64,000 nucleotides of DNA from Candidatus Saccharimonadales bacterium (GTDB lineage: Bacteria > Patescibacteriota > Saccharimonadia > UBA4664 > SCTI01). Shown piece by piece: positions 55,455-64,000 of this stretch. The notes below the pieces were generated by a model. It worked only from the letters and a program-made list of their open reading frames with translations. It was not told the origin of the DNA and did no database searches. A program made the translations under genes and the position numbers. Numbering within the stretch: position 1 is the first letter of the stretch; each line of letters starts with the position of its first letter. The stretch covers positions 94,487 through 158,486 of the forward strand of contig DATIII010000008.1 in NCBI GenBank assembly GCA_035479795.1, written 5' to 3'.

Positions 55455-55853
55455 TTATTGTGGCCAGATAGCCAGCAAAGCTCCGTTGATGACGAGGACT
55501 ACCAGGAAGTAGCCGACGTTGATGTAGTACAGCTTCTTCGGCCGGCTTTCAAAAATATAGCTGGTGGCGTAGGTGGTAGCCACAAAACCAAGCCATACTA
55601 GAAATCCAACCTTGGCACCCAGCCACAAGCTGTCGGCACCCCGCCAGTGGACCAGCAGGCCCAAAATCCAGGCCTGAACCAACGCACCGACGGTAGTCAG
55701 GGCGTAGCCCTGGCCGCCTCCGCTCATGTCTTCCATCTTTTTGCCAACCGCCTTCGACCAGGCTTCGGCAAATAAGGCCTTCGAATACCACAAGTATCCG
55801 ACAACCATATTAATGGCGGCTGCTACGATCACCGCCCAAATACTTACGTCCAT
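55455..55853 (-). CDS. DUF1761 family membrane protein
   Basis: MDVSIWAVIVAAAINMVVGYLWYSKALFAEAW… matches the DUF1761 N-terminus from memory. Confidence 0.55.
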   Translation of the reverse strand: MDVSIWAVIVAAAINMVVGYLWYSKALFAEAWSKAVGKKMEDMSGGGQGYALTTVGALVQAWILGLLVHWRGADSLWLGAKVGFLVWLGFVATTYATSYIFESRPKKLYYINVGYFLVVLVINGALLAIWPQ

Positions 55854-55955
55854 TATTATTCCTCCTTTTATGGCTAGCGTACGCCTAAAAATACATGTTG
55901 TCCACGATTATTAACGTTTTGTGTCGACTGGTAGCCAACCCCAAACACGACTATA

Positions 55956-56333
55956 ATGGCCGCCATGAGTTTAAACCCAGAATTAGTCAGGCAATTCCAA
56001 AGCTTTGTTGAGGATTTTATGAGCCAAACCGCTGTTACCAAAGTAGATGGTGACTACTTTGATCTCCCCGGCACCGTCGTCTATACCCAGGCTAAAAAAT
56101 CCCTGCCGGAAAAAGGCCGACTGGAGATTAATGTATCCGACCCTAGCGTTCGCGATCGTTTCACCTGGAATGCCGAGATCACGCTCGACCGCCGGTCAAA
56201 CGATATTTTTAAACATATTTTGCTCAATGGCGACGGTAGCGTCGTCGAAACCTATGGAAAACGGGTTATTGAAGTCACCGATGAGACCGCTGCCGAACTA
56301 CTAAACCAATTGGCTACTGCCGCTAAGCTTTAG
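55956..56333 (+). CDS. hypothetical protein
   Basis: 125-aa soluble ORF; convergent with the PAP2-like gene. Confidence 0.45.
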   Translation: MAAMSLNPELVRQFQSFVEDFMSQTAVTKVDGDYFDLPGTVVYTQAKKSLPEKGRLEINVSDPSVRDRFTWNAEITLDRRSNDIFKHILLNGDGSVVETYGKRVIEVTDETAAELLNQLATAAKL

Positions 56334-57268
56334 CCAGAAAGCGGTTTGGCCCCGTATTTATTGGCGATGCGAGTGTGTAACCGACGACCATGGTGTCCGT
56401 AGCGATTGGCGATCAGAGCTGTCAGCCAGTAGGCAATAAACACATAGGCCACACCCACCATCGCATCAAACACATAGTGCTCGCCCATGTAAACGATGCC
56501 GATCCAGATGGCAATCGGATACCAGGCCAAAGCCAGCGCCCACTTCCAGCCAAAGGCGCGATTGACGAAGAGTACGATCATTAATGGGTAGGCCGAATGC
56601 AGCGAAGGTACAGCGGCCGTGAGATTGGGGCTGAGGTATTGATAGATAGTCGGAAAATTATGAACGCCCAGGGCCCACCAGACATCGCTTGAGATCTTGT
56701 GGATGGTTGGAATCAGATGCATTTCGGAAGCCATCCAGGGCGGTGCTGCTGGGAAGGCGATGTAGGTTAAGAAGCCGCCGTAGGAAAGAATGAGAAAGGC
56801 CAGCCCGTAGCGCAAATAATGCTGCGGTCGGTATTTCCAGATAAGAACCGCGGCAATCATGGGCGCCACAAAATGGCACATATAGAGCAGATAGAAGAAA
56901 AAGTCATACCAGACAGCGTGCCCTGAATACCACCATTGTTGAAGCACTACGGTGGGCAAGTGTCCGCCAAACAGCCACTTATCAAAATCAATCATTTCGG
57001 TGAAATGCACATGTTTAGATAGGAATGGCACCACGCCGCGCAGGCTGTCGTAAGCAAGCAAGGCTGCCACAAATGGGCCGAAGTTCACAAAAAATTGCCG
57101 GCCCTGGCCGTATAACAAGAAGAGGAAGAAAAACATGATGAAGAGTAGGTCCGGCGTCCAAAAAGCCCGCCAAAAAACTAAGATATAAACCATGCAGACG
57201 ATGTAGAAAAGTCGCATGCCGCGAACGGTCAGGGGGTGTTTTCCGAAGAAAGCCAGTTTATCGCGCAT
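56330..57268 (-). CDS. PAP2-superfamily membrane protein (PAP2_3 / inositolphosphotransferase-like)
   Basis: PSLHSAYP and GEHYVFD motifs resemble PAP2 motifs II and III; multi-TM. Confidence 0.5.
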   Translation of the reverse strand: MRDKLAFFGKHPLTVRGMRLFYIVCMVYILVFWRAFWTPDLLFIMFFFLFLLYGQGRQFFVNFGPFVAALLAYDSLRGVVPFLSKHVHFTEMIDFDKWLFGGHLPTVVLQQWWYSGHAVWYDFFFYLLYMCHFVAPMIAAVLIWKYRPQHYLRYGLAFLILSYGGFLTYIAFPAAPPWMASEMHLIPTIHKISSDVWWALGVHNFPTIYQYLSPNLTAAVPSLHSAYPLMIVLFVNRAFGWKWALALAWYPIAIWIGIVYMGEHYVFDAMVGVAYVFIAYWLTALIANRYGHHGRRLHTRIANKYGAKPLSG

Positions 57269-57328
57269 CGGCCGGAAGTGTCATTACACTATTATACCGC
57301 TTGTGCAGCTGAGGATCAGCTGAAGCCC

Positions 57329-58738
<1,410 letters not shown>

Positions 58739-58798
58739 TCAAGTTCCTCGTTGCAAAATGTGAACATACTCCGCCTTACTTCGTATGGCGGAGTTCTT

Positions 58799-59344
58799 TT
58801 ATAGCCTTTTGGCGTGCAAGACTGTAACTGATAAACCGAGTGTCACCAAACTCAGCAGCCAAGCCAAGGCGACCATTGTTTGTAGCTGGGCCTCGCGCTC
58901 TTCAACTTCCTTTAAACTGCGAGCCGCCAGCACAAAGCCGGGTTTTTTGCCATCGTGATGGGCAATGACCGCCGCTAACCTTACATTAGCCGTCGGCTGC
59001 CAAGTGATTCTTTCCTCTCCCACTTTGCGGGTGTTCGCAAAAACCCCGGCCGGTAGCTCCGGAGTTTTTCCGTCTAATTCGACATTTGAATCAACCACCT
59101 TGCCTTGATCATCGTAGATGATTGCAAAAGGCGTCAGACTTTTTGACGGGTCAATTTTGGGAACTTGGCCCAGTTCCACATCTGTGCCCTGAGTGATCTG
59201 ACCAGCCAAACCAATTACCATACTAGCCTGTGGGTCATTGGCATTTTGGCGATAATTCTGCTGTACCGCCGCATAGATGGTAACGAAAATGATAGTGATA
59301 ATGACGGCCTGGCCAAGCCAAAAGATAAGCTTTCGCATAAGCAT
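58799..59344 (-). CDS. membrane protein, hypothetical (TM-periplasmic domain-TM)
   Basis: 181-aa ORF. Confidence 0.45.
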   Translation of the reverse strand: MLMRKLIFWLGQAVIITIIFVTIYAAVQQNYRQNANDPQASMVIGLAGQITQGTDVELGQVPKIDPSKSLTPFAIIYDDQGKVVDSNVELDGKTPELPAGVFANTRKVGEERITWQPTANVRLAAVIAHHDGKKPGFVLAARSLKEVEEREAQLQTMVALAWLLSLVTLGLSVTVLHAKRL

Positions 59345-59406
59345 ATTGTAAATCCTTAATACTCTAATGCCTAATGCCTAAGCACAAATATTTAGGATTT
59401 TTTAGC

Positions 59407-60609
<1,203 letters not shown>

Positions 60610-60712
60610 GAATACCTTTCTACAAATCTTTGATGAACAGCCAGATCTAAAGATTAGTAGGTATTCATCCGAGTTAATTTAAGGCTATTTTAACAGATTA
60701 TTAGCGGCCTGT

Positions 60713-61336
60713 CTAGACTTTGATGGGTTGCCGGCCAACCAAACCGAGTAGCCGGTCTTCCAGACTAGCATCAGCTGGCACCTCAACCCGTGGTCCGTAA
60801 ACCCCCATCTGGCGATACTGCTCCACCACCCCTTCAGTTTGCTCCCACATTCCCTGCACCAGCTCCTCGGGCATGCCTGGCTCCACGCCAATTAGTTTGG
60901 CGATGTCGTAGGTGCGAAAAAACCGAAAGCTGGTGATATGCGACAGATAGTCTTTGGCGGGAAAGTCACCATAACTTAGGTGGCAAATCCGCTCGGCTTC
61001 ATAATGATTTTTAACGGCGTCTAGCGCCTTATCCACGATGACGGAGTAATTTTTCGCCGGATCATCTCCCAGCAAATCACCATCAAACTTGTCTTTACCG
61101 ACATCCTCCATCTTGCGACCCGCCAGGACATCCGGTACCCAAGCTTCGTCGTAGGCGTGGTAATTGACAATTTTGCGCAGATCCAAGTCTTCCTGTTTGC
61201 GCCCGATCGGAAACCACTCCGGTATCGGCATAGACCATTGATCGGCTTTAATTTGTAAAATCACCTTGCGCAAAGCCTCATCGGCGCCGGTAAATACCTC
61301 TGGCTCGCTCATTGCTGCCTCCATTTGGTTAATCAA
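60713..61336 (-). CDS. hypothetical protein
   Basis: 207-aa soluble ORF; family not recognised. Confidence 0.45.
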   Translation of the reverse strand: MINQMEAAMSEPEVFTGADEALRKVILQIKADQWSMPIPEWFPIGRKQEDLDLRKIVNYHAYDEAWVPDVLAGRKMEDVGKDKFDGDLLGDDPAKNYSVIVDKALDAVKNHYEAERICHLSYGDFPAKDYLSHITSFRFFRTYDIAKLIGVEPGMPEELVQGMWEQTEGVVEQYRQMGVYGPRVEVPADASLEDRLLGLVGRQPIKV

Positions 61337-61359
61337 GCTCTAGTAAGCCATAATAAGCT

Positions 61360-61827
61360 ATGGCTATGCGTATTGGATACGTTAAAATTTCTGAACTGCC
61401 CCGCCTTTCCCGGCTGTTTCGGAGTGCCTTAGTTGACGACTTTCGCTATTTCCCAAGGGCGGCTTTCGAGCAAGCCCGTCGTGACAATTCACTGCCACGG
61501 CTGGCGGCTTCGTGGTTAAAACCCGGCCGGATTCTGGCCGTGGCAGTCGAGGGACGGAACGTGGTTGGCTATAGCATTGCCTCGGCTGAAGATCCCCTGC
61601 GCTCGCAGCTCTACTGGCTGTATGTCCGGCCATCGCATCGCGGCCAGGGTGTTAGCGGCCAGTTACTCGACTTTACCCACCGCCAAATGCGAGCCCAGGG
61701 ATCATTGCTGGTCCAACTGGTAACTCGCGACTTTGCCGATTATTACGCCCAGCGCGGCTATAAACTGGCAGGGCAATACCAAATTAATGGCGTTGACATG
61801 CATCTGATGGAGCTGGCCTTAAGATGA
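61360..61827 (+). CDS. GNAT family N-acetyltransferase
   Basis: …LYVRPSHRGQGVSGQLL… acetyl-CoA binding motif. Confidence 0.75.
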   Translation: MAMRIGYVKISELPRLSRLFRSALVDDFRYFPRAAFEQARRDNSLPRLAASWLKPGRILAVAVEGRNVVGYSIASAEDPLRSQLYWLYVRPSHRGQGVSGQLLDFTHRQMRAQGSLLVQLVTRDFADYYAQRGYKLAGQYQINGVDMHLMELALR

Positions 61828-63101
61828 AGCGCTATCGCACCCCCCTGGTTAGCGGCCTGGTACTTTTCCTGGGACTAATTGCCATAAATATGGCGGCCTT
61901 GTATTTTCAGCAACGCCCAATCACCACGTATGTCCCCCCAATGAAGCAATCACCGGCCAAGCACGGCCAACTGGTCCAAATAGTCAGCACCCAGGCCCTT
62001 AGTGCCGAACAGGCCATGGCCGAGGCGCGGCAAAACTACGGCCCAATGATCGCTGCGTCACCGGCCGTAACTCGTACCGAGCTGGTATTTGGTCTGCTTG
62101 ATAAGGATGGTCGAGAGGCTGATGTCCATGCCCGAGCCTACGTGCCCGCCATGCCGATTAGCGCCGTTATTGTCTTGGCACCCGGCACCACCGGCATTGG
62201 TGATCAATGTGCCCCCAGCGTCGAGCAGCCCTCGGTTCATAATTGGGCTAACTATCAGTCACATGCTTTGGCCTACGCCGCCCGCGGGTTTATGGTAGTG
62301 GTGCCGGATTATGAGGGCCATCGCGATCCAGCTCGGATTCATCATTACATGTCGGGAGAATTAGAAGGCCGAGCGGTACTTGATAGCATTAGTGCCAGCC
62401 GCCAAATTCCCGAGGCCAGCGTTCTGAGCGCTGCCACCCCCAACTTCGTAACCGGATACTCACAAGGAGGCCATAGCGCCTTTTGGGCCGACAAAATTAA
62501 TGCCACCTACTCACCAGGAACCAAAATAGCTGGAGTTATTGGCTGGGGTCCAGTCATGGATGTCCAGGAGACCCTGGCCGACGTGACCCAAGGCGCTAAC
62601 ATTAACTGGTTTGGGCCTTACGTTCTCTATAGCTATCAAAACTTGTACGGCACCAACTATCATATTGACCGGATCCTCCAGCCGCGCTGGGTTTATGGTC
62701 TTAACACCGATGTTACCAGTCACTGCATCGATAGTGATATTGCCTATTGGGGGACCCATCCGGACAATGTTTATACACCCGATTTCTTGAATAATCTGCG
62801 CAAGGCTAATTTACCCGAAGCCCTTTACGGCAAGCTCGGCCAACAGCTGGCTGCTAATGTGGCCGACGACGCCACAACCGCCACACCTAAGTTAATCAAC
62901 GCAGGTGAACAAGATAATGTGGTCCTGCCCAGACAGCAGGCAGCAGCCAAGATCCAACTTTGCCAGCATAGCCGCGGGCCGGTGAGAGTTACCCTCTACC
63001 CTGAAACCACCCACTATAACGCCATGGTCCACAGCTTTGAGGATTCAATTGTATGGATGCAGCAAATTATGGCTGGGCAGACCCCAGCGGGAAACTGCTA
63101 A
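61824..63101 (+). CDS. secretory lipase / alpha-beta hydrolase family protein
   Basis: N-terminal TM helix and a GYSQGG nucleophile elbow; 425 aa; 4-bp overlap with the GNAT gene. Confidence 0.55.
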   Translation: MKRYRTPLVSGLVLFLGLIAINMAALYFQQRPITTYVPPMKQSPAKHGQLVQIVSTQALSAEQAMAEARQNYGPMIAASPAVTRTELVFGLLDKDGREADVHARAYVPAMPISAVIVLAPGTTGIGDQCAPSVEQPSVHNWANYQSHALAYAARGFMVVVPDYEGHRDPARIHHYMSGELEGRAVLDSISASRQIPEASVLSAATPNFVTGYSQGGHSAFWADKINATYSPGTKIAGVIGWGPVMDVQETLADVTQGANINWFGPYVLYSYQNLYGTNYHIDRILQPRWVYGLNTDVTSHCIDSDIAYWGTHPDNVYTPDFLNNLRKANLPEALYGKLGQQLAANVADDATTATPKLINAGEQDNVVLPRQQAAAKIQLCQHSRGPVRVTLYPETTHYNAMVHSFEDSIVWMQQIMAGQTPAGNC

Positions 63102-63105
63102 AGCC

Positions 63106-63513
63106 CTACTCCTGCTTAGCGCCGGCGATGTTCATCATCCACTCCACGCCGTACTTGTCAGTTAGCGAGCCAAAAACATCGCCCCAAAATTGCTTTTCGA
63201 GTTTTTGAAACACTTCGCCGCCTTCGGCCAGCTTGTCGAAGATTGCGTGCAGCTCATCAGAATCCGCTTCCTCGCCACCGAGCGAGAGAGAAATCTTTTT
63301 AGCCGTGTCGCTCGCCTTTTCGGTATCGCTGGCCATTAGCTTCACGTCGCCTTCGAGCGTGGCATGCATCACCCAATCCGGCTCGCCACCTTGACCGGCC
63401 TGCTCGTATGTTTGGATTGTTAATTCACCCCCAAAGATGCTTTTGTAAAATTCCATTGCCTCTTTGGCCTGTCCGTGGAAGAAAATGTAAGGCTCGAGTT
63501 TGATGATAGCCAT
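63106..63513 (-). CDS. VOC family protein (glyoxalase/bleomycin-resistance fold, PhnB-like)
   Basis: 135 aa; …PYIFFHGQAKEAMEFYKSIFGG…. Confidence 0.7.
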   Translation of the reverse strand: MAIIKLEPYIFFHGQAKEAMEFYKSIFGGELTIQTYEQAGQGGEPDWVMHATLEGDVKLMASDTEKASDTAKKISLSLGGEEADSDELHAIFDKLAEGGEVFQKLEKQFWGDVFGSLTDKYGVEWMMNIAGAKQE

Positions 63514-63565
63514 TGATGATTCCTTTGTTTATCCCGGCCATTATAGGCTTGGCGAGGCTAAAAAA

Positions 63566-64000
63566 CTATAGATTATTTCCCTTGAGCCGGATGCTCAAAC
63601 CTATCCCGCCGAATTTTTCGGCCACAAAGGCCGGCTCAGAAGTCGTACTCAATTTTTTGTCATAGCGGTATCCTATGTCATTGAAGCCGACCAATTCATC
63701 GACCTGCTCAATGCGATTTTTAATTACCCATCTCGCAAAAGCACCTCGAGCAACTTTGGCATGTACAGTTACGAATGCTGGCTCGCCTGTTTTTGGGCTA
63801 ACAGTCAGAAACCGCGGCGCGATAATACGATCTGTATTCACAAACGGCGTTATGGTTTTGGTGTACTCAACGGCCGAGAGATTGAGGATTAAACCATGGG
63901 TGGGCAAAGTTTCGGCGATGGATCTGCCCCAAAATTTATAAAGATTCTCGTATGGCTCATCTGGTAACCGGTAACCCATCTCCAATCGATAAGGCATTAC
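63566..64000 (-). CDS. yaaA: peroxide stress protein YaaA (UPF0246), 3' part only; the gene continues beyond the window edge
   Basis: …YRLEMGYRL…LYKFWG…FVTVHAKVARGAFARWVI… aligns with the C-terminal half of E. coli YaaA. Confidence 0.7.
   Translation of the reverse strand, partial: VMPYRLEMGYRLPDEPYENLYKFWGRSIAETLPTHGLILNLSAVEYTKTITPFVNTDRIIAPRFLTVSPKTGEPAFVTVHAKVARGAFARWVIKNRIEQVDELVGFNDIGYRYDKKLSTTSEPAFVAEKFGGIGLSIRLKGNNL

Overview
The window reads as a ~50% GC, gene-dense bacterial chromosome segment. Small proteins, tight or overlapping operons, gatCAB, a type-IV-pilin-like protein, a split transketolase and a class I FBA suggest a CPR/Patescibacteria (possibly Saccharibacteria-like) genome; this is inference, not a database result. 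Almost all genes are on the minus strand.

Main content, in order:
- YtxH/DUF948 stress proteins and an MscS channel.
- A gatC-gatA-[three inserted small genes]-gatB operon.
- A ~1.1 kb GC-rich non-coding block with a strong sigma70-like promoter and intrinsic terminators. I interpret it as a structured ncRNA gene carrying RNase-P-like motifs.
- ligA, htpX and lemA.
- A ~3 kb GC-rich (~60+% by eye) island built around tRNA-Leu(UAA) and tRNA-Cys(GCA). It carries an operon of HTH and zinc-ribbon proteins and a 15-bp direct repeat of the tRNA-Cys 3' end, which looks like an integration scar.
- A tRNA array (Leu-GAG, Val, Phe, Gly; Leu-CAG further on).
- A two-component operon: PAS histidine kinase, two receiver-only regulators, a holin-family protein, SecG and an OppA-like binding protein.
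- A nucleotide-excision-repair cluster, uvrC ... uvrA ... uvrB, interrupted by a small plus-strand cassette (unknown protein plus XRE HTH) and a GC-rich CDP-alcohol phosphatidyltransferase.
- A LOG-family / unknown 409-aa / PfkB-kinase operon.
- A central-carbon cluster: fba class I, split tkt, rpe, rpiB, gap, ppa.
- A cupredoxin gene preceded by an (AGTCGAA)x5 tandem repeat.
- trxB, glutaredoxin, a polyprenyl synthase, a COG0523 GTPase, tgt with a low-complexity insertion, a DEAD-box helicase, GNAT, a lipase, a VOC protein and a partial yaaA at the window edge.

No rRNA, CRISPR array, transposase or reverse transcriptase was seen. Several short GC-rich patches next to tRNAs suggest horizontally acquired DNA, possibly from a high-GC host.
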